From sequence record ON287372.1: a DNA stretch of 64,000 nucleotides; one strand, given 5' to 3'. The notes under the pieces were generated by a model. The model was not told the DNA's origin and did not search any database. It worked only from the letters and a program-made list of their open reading frames with translations. Positions 26,415 to 39,100 of this stretch are shown in pieces. Numbering within the stretch: position 1 is the stretch's first letter; every line of letters begins with the position of its first letter. Both the position numbers and the translations under genes were made by a program.

Positions 26415-28097
26415 CGGAAATCTTCACTTAGGTTCGTTATTCCTAAGCCTGCTAATGCAGCTCTGAGCTTTCCTCAGATGTCGAGACTATATCACTACCC
26501 TCTTTACAAGGGTACTTCCTGTTTCGGCTGTAAACTCGTTACAGGCGTTTTCACGCACCACTTGGCCCTACTCGCCCGACGGCGATAGTCGTTGAACGTT
26601 CTCCGTGGTATCCTAAGATACGGTAGGAGCTTCGCTGCGAAAGATCGGGTTGGTTACCGAACTCGATTCCCCATTGTACATCCACACACTTTTTAGAGCA
26701 TTCACGTTTGTCCTTTCGAACTCCGTTGTAGCAGTGTGGCTTTAGTGGGTTCCCGCAATTAAGGAAGTTATTCGACTGAGATTACTCCCAGAAGCGACCC
26801 ATATTTTAGTCATTGGAAAGATAACGCCAGCAGGTACCGTCCGGATAGACTTTCTCTCCGTTGGTTTTTAACCGCCAGTTTGCGGTGGTAGTCCCGATGT
26901 TGTAAACTCGGCACGCCTCTGCTGCGCTTAAGAAGGTGGATTCAGTACCGTCACGATTAGTGACTACAACAACCTTTTTGGCTCGTGAATTCTTCGCTAG
27001 TTCCTTAGCTATTGATTCCACATGACGCCATTTAGGCTCAGTTAAACCACGATGAATCAAATACCGACTACCTTTGATATCTGAGATGTTCTTCGATAAC
27101 CAAAGCGTTACGGTAGGTATAGAGATTCCCAGAACGTTAGCCATTTCTGTTTGGCTGTTGAACTCAAACGTTTCATTGGCGTTTAGGTCACGAACAAAGA
27201 TCTTATTCGCTTGCCCATGTTTGACCAGTCCGGATTTCTCCTCGTTAGTCAATTCTCTCCAAGGAGAGTTATCGCCTTTGTATTTGTATTGTTTCATCTC
27301 TGGATAGACACGTTGTTTCGTATCTTTCAATCTCCAAGCGATTGCATCTTTAGACAACCCGATATGGTTAGCGTATTGGGACATGGAAAGCCACTCGGTG
27401 ACTTCTCCGGTAAAGACATCTCTAACTAAGATGATTCTACCTGTCTCATTGTAGACCGGTTCACTATCGGAGATTACTCTCCAAGGCGTTGGGTCGTTTG
27501 CTAACTTAATCAGGTATTCTCCACGGAAGAAAGGTTGATCGAGAGAAAGAATTCGATCAAGTCTCTTAGGGGATATTCCAAGGTATTCCGATGCTGCACG
27601 AGCAGAAGGGAAATCGAGCTCTTCTTTAGTGTTAACCAAAAAGACCTTTACTTTCTTTCTGGGGGCGACCGTAAAGTCAACCCGTTTAGCGCCGATGGAA
27701 ATGGCGTGCCGATTGTTCTCTAAAACCGTACACCACTCTAGATTACTTAGCTCGTCGTGACCGTGGATGTTGTCTTTGTGATTTATCACCAACTCGCGGT
27801 AGTTGTCAGGTCTATCTGACATTGCTATCATCATCAATCGGTAATGTTGATAGAGTACTCGTTTACCTGAGTCAGTTACTACTGAGTTGTACCGATATCC
27901 TTTCTTGTCTCGATAAACGGGGATTTCAACTCCTCGCTTTAAATCGAGAACCTTACCTTCTTCATTGACCGCATATCGAGAGAACCCTTCGATCAAGTAA
28001 AAACCTGCTACGGAGGATTCTGTCCACGGTGATATTGTCTTTTCCATAATAGCATTCCGAATTATATCGTCATACTATTGAACTAAAATAAATATTG
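26415..28097 (-). mobile_element. Group I intron (IA-like), 1683 nt, in the virion RNAP beta gene
   Basis: 5' exon ends in U (GAT at 28100-28098) and the intron ends in G (26415). Splicing gives YDD|PKRV in frame. Conserved elements on the minus strand: AATTGCGGGAA (P), TCGCAGCGAAG (Q), GTTCAACGACTA (R), GATATAGTCT (S). IGS at 26795-26807. Confidence 0.92.
26806..28047 (-). CDS. Intron-encoded HNH homing endonuclease (I-HmuI-like, NUMOD4/HNH plus four NUMOD1-like repeats)
   Basis: IEGFSRYAVNEEGKV; VINHKDNIHGHDELSNLEWCTVLENNRH; repeats of the form V...F.S..EA...LG. Confidence 0.9.
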   Translation of the reverse strand: MEKTISPWTESSVAGFYLIEGFSRYAVNEEGKVLDLKRGVEIPVYRDKKGYRYNSVVTDSGKRVLYQHYRLMMIAMSDRPDNYRELVINHKDNIHGHDELSNLEWCTVLENNRHAISIGAKRVDFTVAPRKKVKVFLVNTKEELDFPSARAASEYLGISPKRLDRILSLDQPFFRGEYLIKLANDPTPWRVISDSEPVYNETGRIILVRDVFTGEVTEWLSMSQYANHIGLSKDAIAWRLKDTKQRVYPEMKQYKYKGDNSPWRELTNEEKSGLVKHGQANKIFVRDLNANETFEFNSQTEMANVLGISIPTVTLWLSKNISDIKGSRYLIHRGLTEPKWRHVESIAKELAKNSRAKKVVVVTNRDGTESTFLSAAEACRVYNIGTTTANWRLKTNGEKVYPDGTCWRYLSND

Positions 28098-31000
28098 ATC
28101 GTCATACGTGGCGAATGGAGCTACCAACGCAGATGTACTCAGCAAGTTACCTACCCCTTTCTTCGGATCTGGGTCTACAGTCGGAACTGCAGTACCACGA
28201 AGAGAAGTCAGGTTTGGGTTAGCCGTAAGGAATGTGTTAATCCCTACGTCGCCGTTATCCACAGATGCTTCTGCACGAATACCGATATCGGATTCATGGA
28301 AGGCGCGAGTACGACGAACCATGGCTCGTTTGGAACGACCACCTGTACCGGCATAGGTTACGTTTTCTTTTTCTTTCAGGTTGTGGATCGGGTTAGAATC
28401 CTCAACGATTGCCACTGACGGATCCTTCTGAATAGAAGCAAGGACTTCGTAAGGGGAGATGTCTACTGTAGCACGAGAGCTAACAGGTTGACCTGAATAG
28501 ATGCGTACTGCGCCAGACAGAGCACGATAGACTGCGCCAGGCATACGCTCGTAACCACGGATCAAGGAACCGCCAGAAGCGATATCACTTGGGTAGTTAT
28601 CCGTTACCAGATAGAATGCTGCTTTGATGAACAAGTCATTGAGTTCCTGCGGCTCATTCATTTCCTTCAACACGTCAATTGCAATCGGGTCAAGGAACAG
28701 TGCATTCAGGTTGTCAATCTCACGTACGTAGCGAGCAGTTAACCCAGCCATGCCAAAGAGCATGTTGTAGGTATCTGGATTGTCCAGCTCTTGTACGGAG
28801 AAGCCACGGAAGTATTTCTTCCAACGGAGTAACGAGGCCCAGATCAAACTGGAGTTACCGCCGTGGACTGGGAACCGCCAGATTTCGTCAGCGAAGACGA
28901 TCTCAAACGTACCCGGTACATGTTCAACACGAGTGCCTTTAACACGACGCTCAGGCTTCACTTCCAATTTGTTCAGTAGCTGAGTAATACCCATGTGATA
29001 CATGAGGATTGCAGCCATTGGAACTTCTTCGCCCATGATCTTAACGATCACTTGCTCAACTGGAAGTTTCTCATCAGGAACATTCAACATGGCGTTGATT
29101 GAACCTACCGCTTTACCGTCACCGGTAAACAGCGCACCTTCATTATTCATGAAGTAGAACTCTTTACCTTTACGTCCGACTGGAATCCAACCTTTGGCAG
29201 CAGATGCCTTCACTACATCTTCAGTGAAGTTTTTCGCCAGGCTAGAATAGTCGAACATGAATTGAATACCGTTCAGGATAAAGGAAACGAATTCCTTAGC
29301 AATCGCAGAGTAAGTACGGGGAACGTCTTGGTCTTCTGCGAAAGTACTACCCAGAACTAATTCGGTGACCAACGGTTCGGCCATTTGACTCGCGCGGGTG
29401 ATGATATCGACCAGGGTACTACCGAGGTCTTCACTAGCACGAGATGAACGCTCTACAAAGAGCTTACCGTAATACGTCGACAGAGCAACGATGCTCGGTG
29501 AGATCTTACGGATAGGTTTATCGAACTTAAGCTTACGCATGAAGTACTTGGTACCGTTCACGCGATACTTACCGTTCTTATCCACTGCTGGCAATTGGAA
29601 CCGAATAGTAGAAGGACTTCCGTATACCGGAACGACCTTGATCGTGTAGTCGTACAGATCGTTCAATGCATCCGACTTCTTCTCGACCTTGTATTCAGTA
29701 ATCGCCAGACCTGCTTTCTGAAGGTTAATGACCATATTGGCCACATCCTTCTGGAACACTTTGTTGATGTAATCGCTATCGTAGTTCAGCAGGGTGGATT
29801 TCAACATCGACTTATCGACGACGTGCGGGATGTCCGGAATCTCTTTCGCTTTGAAATCCCACAGAGTCTCTGGAGGGATCTTCATGAAGTCTTCCAGAGT
29901 ACCCTCACCAAACGGAGCCTTAATCGTTTTAAAGCTGTTAGCGAGACGTACGTGGCGTTTAAACTCGTTACCTGAGATTAATCCTTTACTCAGGAGATCA
30001 CGAGAACGCTCTTCCACCGGTTTAATCAGCGGATCGCTGGTATCGATGATTTCTTCCGGGGCTTTCTCAGGAGTTGGCTGAGTAACTACCTTGGCAGTTT
30101 CTTCTTCCTGGAAAGTAGTGGTCGCCGTTACATCGCTGGATTGGACGGTAGACTCGTTACGCTTAGTCGCTAAGATCTCGCGAGGAGTTCTCACAACGCG
30201 TTGGGCGCTACGGCGCAGCCGAGCAATGTCACTCTCGCCTTTATCGCCTACCGACACGTCGACTTCTGGTTCACCTGGTTGTTGCTCAGGAACCTTAACA
30301 TCGACGACCTCAGCATTCCCCTCTTCGTCAACCTCTTCTTCCACTGTCACTTTATCAGAGACAGAGGTAGCGGTAACGATACTCTGAAGGTAACGGTTCA
30401 TGGTTTGCGACATGGAACCAAACCCGACGCCTTTATCGTTCTCTTCCGACTTCACCCACAAATCGAGCTTATCGAAAGACACCATGCTGAACTTACCGTT
30501 ACGCATGATAACCAGGTTAAGGTTCTTCAGTGCGGAACTTGGGATTTCTCCCAGGATAGATTCAGCTCGGTTATCCGACATCCATTTCCAGAAGTCAGAC
30601 AGGAACAATGAAACATCATCTTGGAAATAACCCAGACGAATACGGTTCATCGCTTCGTTGGAAACTACCGGAATATCGTCACCCATCGAGATACTGCCAT
30701 CATCGAAGGATTCGAACGACAGATCTTCACTCCAGCCCAGAGAACTTTCATCGAAAGCTTCGTTAGAGAACTGGACGCCTTGACCTTCCATGATACCAGG
30801 GTAGAGGTTATCGTAATACGACCCTACTGTACCGCTGGTCTGGCTATCGACATTGCTCTGCATGTTAGTGCGGGCATCACCGATAACGTTAAAGGCTTCT
30901 ACAGACACGTTCAGATATTGACGGGACGGTAATACATCCGGGAGATTAATGAACAGGAACTGTGGGCGGGCAGATGTTTCGCCAAAGTACTTAACGCGAC

Positions 31001-31469
31001 TTGCGAAAGTCTTCATCAAGTTTTGGAAACGGAACCAACGTGCCATAGGGACAGGTTGATAACGCCACTGCATTGGGATTAACGAGTAGTTAACCACGAT
31101 CGCTGTTTGACGATCATCCAATGCCCGTGCAATGTCTGTAACGCGACGATAGCGCCGGTTACGAATCAGCCACTGGCGCTTCAGGTTTTCTACGTTAAAG
31201 GCGCCACGACGACGTGGGGCACCTTCATGGGCGGTCATGTCCGTTACCTGGTCGATGTAAGGACGTAGTCGTTCGTTAATAATCGGGAAGAACTGATCGT
31301 TAGGACCTAAGTCAGAAACAGACTGGGGTAAGTAGTGAACGATCGCTCCACGAGGGAGTATGAAGTTTTCCAGATTAAACAACCTCGGGGTGGTTAGCCC
31401 CGAAGTAGAACGTACGCCGAACCGCTGATACAATTCGGAATAGGTAATGTTACTCATTGTCAGAGACAC
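28098..31469 (-). CDS. rpoB: Virion RNAP beta subunit, exon 1 (phiKZ gp178-like); 1507 aa when spliced
   Basis: VTYAGTGGRS, FHESDIGIRAEASVDNGDVGIN and YRVNGTKYFMR motifs. The unspliced ORF ends with 4 intron-derived codons (QYLF). Confidence 0.9.
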
Positions 31470-31487
31470 TCCTGGAGAGTAATTAAA

Positions 31488-33125
31488 TTATTTCGGTCCG
31501 CCAGTGATATTGCGCAGTACGAGATCCAGGTTATCTACATCGGCAGACAATGCTAATGAACCTCGAGCAGAAACGTACCATTCCTTTTTACTCTTAATGA
31601 GATCGAATTCTTCCAGAGAGTCTTTGCCATATACTGCTGTAAAAGTACAGCGGTCACCGTCGTAGTCGGCACCCAGCGGGGCAATACGACTAGGATGTGG
31701 GCTCAGCGTCATATAGTGCGTCGCTTTAAGCGACTGGTCTGGGAATTCGTTGGCAATAAAGTCCGGGCCTAAACGATGCCAGAACTCATCTAACTCCGGC
31801 AAGGACTGGGTCCGCTGAGTCGTCTTACAATAGATGTTTCCTATGTAAGTAGAGCCTGGGCCAGTTACCGGATAGCGGGTAACAATACCTGCCATTTTAT
31901 GCCACTCACGATAACCACTCAAGTAATAAAGAGAAGTCATGTTAATAGGGTAGACGTACTTTTTGTCGAACCCTTCCGGCAGCTCGTTGATGTCTGCAAA
32001 GAAACGCCAACCTTGAGGACCGGCATAAAGAAGACCCAGGTAATAGCCATCTACCATAATTGGACGTTGGCGGAACCCTAGGATCTTGTAGCGAGTAATC
32101 TCGCCGTCGATACCTTCTTTAGTCGTCCACCGCGTGACAGACTCAGGAGAAGGTTTTACGAATACTGCACGAAGTGTCTTAGGATCCGTCAGACGAACTT
32201 CATCTTCAGTGTTACCAGAGAACACCTGACCAACCCAACCGTTACGAATGAAGTAACGAGATTTAGGCAGGACGGATTTCAATACCTGATAGAGACCCAG
32301 TTGCACATCGTTGATTACCGGAGTGCGGTTGGAACCTAAGCGATCGGTACCTACGTTCATTGGCGTAATAACGTTCGCGGTGCCGTGCATGATCTTACGA
32401 GAGGCCCACTTAGACAAAGCGAAACCTTTCTTGCCTTTAATCATGTTAAAGACATACTCGAAGATATCGTTGAAGTTACGTTGCAGGCTCAGACGAGAGT
32501 AGTTGATGATCGGATCGTTCTTGTTAGTCGACGACCCAGAAATCCCGTTGGCAATAGAAATCATTGCACGATAGAATTTGTTGATCTCATCTTCTGAGGT
32601 GCGACCGGAACCTGGCTCAACGATCAAGTCGCGTAAGCCGGCTGGCATGACGAGGACTTTATCAACCATGACCTTATTACGGTTTTCATTAATAAGGCGA
32701 ACACGCAAGTTACGGATCTCAGATTCCCCTTCCTCTATTACTAAGTCAGGGAAATGTTTTACGAAGAAAGCAAAGCCCGTTTCCCCGAGAGTTTCATCGG
32801 CAGGAACAAAGTCTTTTTTCTCTTCGTCGAATATGGCGTACCGCGTACCTTCAATGATCTCGGTATAGAGGCGTTTAAGCGTACCCAAGCGTTTGTAGAT
32901 TAAAGGGTGGAAAATGGTTGTGTTTAAATTAATATAGCTGAATCTTCCGTCACGTTCTGGACTTCCTAGCATACCGTAAGTCTCTACGCTGAACAAACCA
33001 TCGCGGTTGAAGTTACGTGTGCCCGTTTCAAAAATTTCAGTCGTGTTTGTTACTCGCATGGAACGAACAAGTTCCGGGGTAACATCCATGATGAAAATGT
33101 TAAAAGGCATTTCATTGAGACGCAT
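31488..33125 (-). CDS. rpoC: Virion RNAP beta' N-terminal/catalytic subunit (phiKZ gp180-like)
   Basis: DGLFSVETYG, VLVMPAGLRD and the catalytic GADYDGD motif. Confidence 0.92.
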   Translation of the reverse strand: MRLNEMPFNIFIMDVTPELVRSMRVTNTTEIFETGTRNFNRDGLFSVETYGMLGSPERDGRFSYINLNTTIFHPLIYKRLGTLKRLYTEIIEGTRYAIFDEEKKDFVPADETLGETGFAFFVKHFPDLVIEEGESEIRNLRVRLINENRNKVMVDKVLVMPAGLRDLIVEPGSGRTSEDEINKFYRAMISIANGISGSSTNKNDPIINYSRLSLQRNFNDIFEYVFNMIKGKKGFALSKWASRKIMHGTANVITPMNVGTDRLGSNRTPVINDVQLGLYQVLKSVLPKSRYFIRNGWVGQVFSGNTEDEVRLTDPKTLRAVFVKPSPESVTRWTTKEGIDGEITRYKILGFRQRPIMVDGYYLGLLYAGPQGWRFFADINELPEGFDKKYVYPINMTSLYYLSGYREWHKMAGIVTRYPVTGPGSTYIGNIYCKTTQRTQSLPELDEFWHRLGPDFIANEFPDQSLKATHYMTLSPHPSRIAPLGADYDGDRCTFTAVYGKDSLEEFDLIKSKKEWYVSARGSLALSADVDNLDLVLRNITGGPK

Positions 33126-33170
33126 GTAAACGTGCTCCTCTCAAACTTTTAGTTAGATAAAGGTAGTGTA

Positions 33171-36100
33171 ATGGCTAAAAAAGAAAAGGTTGACCTTGGA
33201 AGAGGTAATGAATACGACTTCGAGGAAAATTGGGGTAATGACCTCAACTATAATGACCTGCAGCCGGACAATAAAAGCAAGGATCGTAATCCCACTATTC
33301 GCGTAGGTAAAACTGTACTGCGTGAGATGGGTAAAACGACCTTGACGAGTACCATGGCGAGGGAAATCCTCAAGGGCGCATTACCACCTTCCTTCTCCGT
33401 CACTTTGGATAACGTCGATCGTGCTGCGTTAGGTACCAAAGAATTAATGTCGGATGTTCGACGTGAAGCCGGTCCAGCTGTTCGCGAATTCAAAGCTGCA
33501 GCTCGCTCGGTGAATCGTCTGTTCCCTAAGAACCCGCTTGCCAAGAAATTGGCTTTGTGGGGAAAAGAGAATAAACAAAACCCTTACTCGACAAGTAACC
33601 TCAACGTCGAAGACGCAGTTGCATCTCGAGTATTGGATGAGGTATTCGCCTCTCAGGAAAATGATCGGCTGCAAGACCAGGCTGAGAAAGCCGTTGATCG
33701 TATCAGCGAGTTGAAGTATCGCCAGATCGTTTCTGAAAGCCTCTTCGGTATTCAGAATGAACTGGGCAAACAAACCGCTTATACATTTAATGTTCAACGC
33801 GCTTACCAGAAGAAATCATTAGAGTTACGTATTCGCAACCTGATGGTTTCTCGTGCTGCTTTGGATGTCGCTCAGAAATCCGCTGTAGAGACATCAAACC
33901 TATTACGTGATGTCGTAAAAAATACCGGCTTGCCTGAAGTTGTAAAACAACGTCAGAGCGAAGAATACATGCGTTATGCGCGTGAAGGTATTTTCGGTAA
34001 GATCAACCAAAGTATCGGTGAGTGGACGCGTAACTATCGCTCCAATATTACTCAGCGAGCTAAGAGTGCCGTATCACGTCAGATCCAAAACTTCCAACTG
34101 GGGATGGAAACCGTCAACAGTGGTTTGGAAGGTATGGAGATGCAGCGTGAGCTGCTTGAGTCCATGGGGATTGATCCTCTTGAATTCGCAGCAGGTGCTG
34201 TTGGTAACCAGGCTGCATTGCGTGGTGGTCGTTGGTTAGGTAAACGCATGAAGAACAACCGCTTCCTTAAACGGACTGACGGCGTGTTCCAGCAAGCTAA
34301 CTACCTGTTCAATAACCGTGAACGTTTGCTGTCTGAGTACGGCAGCAGCGGTCAGACTTATGGTCGTTGGCATTCCCCTGCCACTAACTTGATCAAGGAC
34401 ATCCTTCGTTCGAGTTATCGTGACCAAGGTACTGTTCGTACCACAGGTTTGAATGCGTTGAAAGATTCAGCCTTAGGGGCAGAAGACCGCAAACTCCGGG
34501 CTTTGGAAGAGATCATCCCAGGGTATCTCTCACGGATATTACATAGTATCGACGGTATCCGTACCGGGGATAGTAATACGCCGCGTACCGTTTTCAACCA
34601 GCAGCGTGGGACATTTACCACGTTCAAAGAATCGGTAGAAGATACCCATAACTCCCTCATCGGTAAAGATGAGATTGAACGCCAACGTAGAACGATGACG
34701 TCTTTGGTTAAATCCATTGACCCTAATGATACGTTGAGTAATGCGGGTAAGGAAGCTATTGTTCGTGAGATGATGCGTCGTGGGCGTACGAGTGCCGCCT
34801 TCAACCCAAACAAGCTCATTAATTTAAACGTTACCGGAATGTCGGAGTCGGATAAGGCAACGTGGCGTAGTCTGTTAATTTCTCGCTACGGGATGACTCA
34901 GGGTAATGATGGTCGTTATTCGACTAACATCTTCACTGGTCAGAACCAAAACCTTAACCGTGATGCTGGGTTGTACAACTATGGCTCTAACCAAACCGTA
35001 GGTATTTTCAACCGCGCACATGCTCTGGCAAACACCGGTGGTATCGAAGCATTGATTGCAACGGGTGCGGTTAAGTTCAACAATGGTCGTTGGGATATCA
35101 GTCCTGACTACTATGGTTCTCGCACTGATAATGAAGGAGTACTCGATGGTGAAGGTGGTTTACCAGGATCTTCGTCACAAGCTACGTCTCTTTCGTCGTT
35201 GCTTAATGGAAACACTGGCGCTCTTGGTGCTGCTCGCTTTGGCCAGCTGCGTAATTACCCTGGACCTAGTTCTATTAACTATTCTGCTCGTGTTAACGGG
35301 GATTCGCCTTTTGAGCTCGCTCGTCGTAGACAAGCTGAAAAAGGTAACGTAGTAGTTAGCGCTATCGAAGAACAGACCACTAAACTCTTGGCTCAACTGG
35401 CAACGCAACAAGAATTCAGCGTACATGCTGTTGGTTCTCTGGCTGACAACGTAGAGTTGATTCGTTCTCTGATTGAGTCGGGTAACTTCGGTGGTGGTTC
35501 TGGTGGTGCAGGCGCGGGTGAAGCAGCGGCAGCTCCAAGTGCCGGGAAAGGCCCTTGGTGGAGACGCGCTCTCGGTAAAGCGTGGAGAGGTCACAAAGCA
35601 GTCTGGAATGCTACTGGAATTCCTTTCCGTGCATTCAACACTATTCTGCGTAAATCAATCTCTCCTGCTATGGCGATTGGTCGTGCTGGTCTGAATGTAA
35701 TGACGGGCGGATTGAGCGGTGTGCTCGGTCGTGCTCGCGATCGATTCAGTGACGTTTACGTGCAAGGTGCTGAAGGTTTCAAGAAAGTACTGAGCAAAGA
35801 GAACTTCGGTACTGGTCGTTATATTGATCAGGCCACTGGTAAAGTGATCTCCTCTTTCAAAGACATCACGGGTGCGGTATTCGATACCGTAGAGCAAACT
35901 CAGATCTTAAGTGCTGAGGATGTAGCTCGTGGTCTGTTTAACAAAGATGGTAAACGTCTGTCAGCAAATATCTTTGGAGTTGTAGGTAAAGTCATCGGCG
36001 GGATTCATCGTACCACAGGTGCGCCATTCCAAATGGCGACTAGTGTAGCTCGCGGTTTCCTTAATACAGCTAAACGTTTGTTGAGCAGAATGCCGGATGT

Positions 36101-39100
36101 CTACGTAGCGGGCGAACGTTCCCCTCGTCTATACAGCTCTAAGTTGAATGCAGGTGAATACTACCAAGTCTCTACCGGTAAGATCGTGCGTAGTCCTAAG
36201 GACATCGTTGGTGACATCGGTGAGATGGATCCGACCACCCGTCAAATTCGTCCGGTATTGCTCGATAGCGAGATTCGCGAGAAGGGGATTGTAGATCGTT
36301 CAGGGAAACCAATCCGTAGCGGTTACGGTACTGTAGGCGCTCTCCTTGGGGGTGCTGTTGGTGGGGCGTTCCGTTTGGGTAAAGAACTCTTCAGTCTTCC
36401 ATGGCGTGCCGCTAATGGCGTAGTCAACATGGCAGGTAATGCCTTGGGTGCGTTAACTGGCGGCGGTCGTAAGTCTCGCAAAGCGGCTGATCAGCAAACA
36501 TTCTGGTTGAAGCGTATCTACCGTCTCTTGGCTAACCAATTCACTGGGCAGAATCCTCTGGAAGGTCTGGGTGATAGCGTTGATGATCTGCGTAATAGCG
36601 GTCAGGGTGCTATCTCTAAAATGACTAACTGGATTCGTAGTGCCGGTAAGAGTTCAATCGATCGTGCCAACGATTTGAAAGATCGTCTCGGTGCTCGCGC
36701 AGGTAGTTGGTTGAACCGTCTGAAAGAACATGGCGGGAAAGCTTCGGATGCGGCTAAAGCTGAGAAGGTGGCTAAGAGCTCTGAGGGCGGCTGGTCTAAA
36801 TTGATTTGGATGGCTATCTCTGGGGTCGGTGCTGTATTGGGTACGATTAAAACTGGTCTGGGTAAGTTTGCTGGCTGGATTAAAGATCTCCCTAAATGGC
36901 TGATGATGCGTAAAGGCGTAGATGCCCTTGGTGATCTAGGCGATGTGGGTGGCCGTGGTAAGAAAGGCGGTATCCTTCGTAAGACAGGTCGCTTGTTAGG
37001 GAAAGCTGGCAAGTTGGCTGGTCGTGGTGCTTTGGCGGCTGGACGCTTTGCATTGGGCGGTGTAGGTACTGCGCTTCGTGTAGGTGCTAGTGTTCTGGGC
37101 GGATTAGTTTCTGCTCCGGGTCTGGCTATCGCTGCAGCTGTTGCTGGTACTGGCTACCTGATCTACAAAGGCTGGCAGATGTACAGTAACCGAATGACTC
37201 CGATGCGCGAATACCGTATCGCTCAGTACGGTGCTGACATTAACGATAGTGAACAACGCGGTAAGCTCCTGGCTCTGGAAGAAGCTGTTCTGAAACAATC
37301 GACAGTAATGCCTAACGGCGGATTGAAGATTGGTTCACTCGACTTTGAATCGCTCTTAGAGTCATTCGATGTTGAACTGCAAAACCAGCGTCAAGTTGTA
37401 GAGTGGATGCGTTGGTACAACAAACGCTTTGTTCCAGTATTCTCTAAGAACGTACAAGTTCTGAAGAAGATGGACTCTAAAGCTAAGTTGACTGATGCTG
37501 AGCCATTAGAACCAGGTCAGCGTCCACAGTTCGCTCGTGAGACTTTCATTTCACGTAGCGGTGAGGATGCGCCTTACAACATCTCCGCATCTCCGTTCCC
37601 AGGCAAGACCTCTATCGTTGGGCCGAACTACCCGGCTAAGTATCGCGATGCGATCATCGAGAAATACGCCGACCAAGAAAAAGCCTTTAAAGCTAAAACC
37701 GTGGACAACAAGGTAAAAGCATCCTTTGCTGATAAACCAGTTTCGCCTGTTCAGAATGCGCTGCGTAACTTGCGGCAGAATGATGACCGTGCGATTAACC
37801 CGGCTACCGACTTGTTCTACTCTCCTGGCGACAAAGTTTCTGTTCCAGGCGGTATCACGGGTAACGTCCAGCAAGATGAGTTCATTCAGATTTCTAACCG
37901 TATCGATGACTTGAGTTCTATTCGAGTTAAAACGTACGGCCTCAACCAGCTAGTTAAGGAAGATGTTAACTTGTTGTTGGTAATGGAATCTGAGTTGATC
38001 AAGCAAGTGACTTACAATGCTAAGTTCCAGGCTACCTTTAATGGTGACATGGAAAAAACCTTCGCAACGTGGTCGCCTCGCTTTGGCGTGAACTCGTCTG
38101 ACAAAGAAGCTAAGACTAACTGGATGACTTGGTTCCAGCATCGCTTCTTACCAACCTTCCTGAACTTCTGTGCTCAGGCTAAGAAGATCTCTCCGCAGAC
38201 TTCTCCGTTGGATGCGTGGAAAACGCTGAAGTCGGATGACCTGCTGAAAGTAGCAAACTTCTTAACTGGCGCTAAAACTGAGTTCAATGGCAATACGTAT
38301 TCTGCCTGGCAGGTTCTGGCTTCTCCATGGCCAGGTCGTCAGGTGAACTCCGATGCCAGCTCGGTTAAGGATAACCTCGATTCTCTGCGTGAGCAGTCCA
38401 AGAAAGAGGTTTATCAGGAGAAGGTTCGTACTCAGAAAGAGATTGATAAGTACACCTTCGATGGTAAGAAACTCAGCGAAACTAAAACCGGCTCTGCAAT
38501 TCAGAGAGCGCTGGAGAACCAGATTGCAATACAAGGTTCATTCAGCGGTAAAGCTGCAGATGGGCGTACTAACAGCTACTCTACTAGCTACGGTACTGCT
38601 GGGACGTCGTTCGAGAATGCGGGTACTAGTGGCATGTACGGTAATGAGTTGACTCACGGTACAGGTACTGGTGGTAGCATCAATGATCTTCCTCAATCCA
38701 AAGGTGTTGGTTGGAACGAGAACAAAGATCTGATTGTTGCCGTTGCTCGGATGGTTGGTGTGGATGCGGGTGCTTTAGCTGCCATGGTGGCTCAAGAGTC
38801 CGGCTTCGACCCAACTGCTAAGAACGATAAGTCTAGCGCTGCTGGATTCGGTCAGTTCATTAATAAGACTTGGAAGGGTATTCTCCCTACGCTGGTTAAG
38901 AAGTATGGCGTTAACCCTAACGCAACTCAGATGGATGCTCGTGCTAACATGCTGGCTACCGCTGAGTACATGCTCCAGAACCAGAAGGCGTTGGGTAGTA
39001 TCGGTCGTCCTCTGACTGCTGAAGATCTCTACGTAGCACACTTCCTGGGAACAGGTGGTGCACGTAAACTCCTCAGTAAGCCAGATAGCTTCGATGTTAG

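Noticed and set aside
28083-28097. C-terminal DQYLF* of the 1128-aa ORF as a true end
   Set aside because: QYLF and the stop are intron sequence forming the P1 stem.
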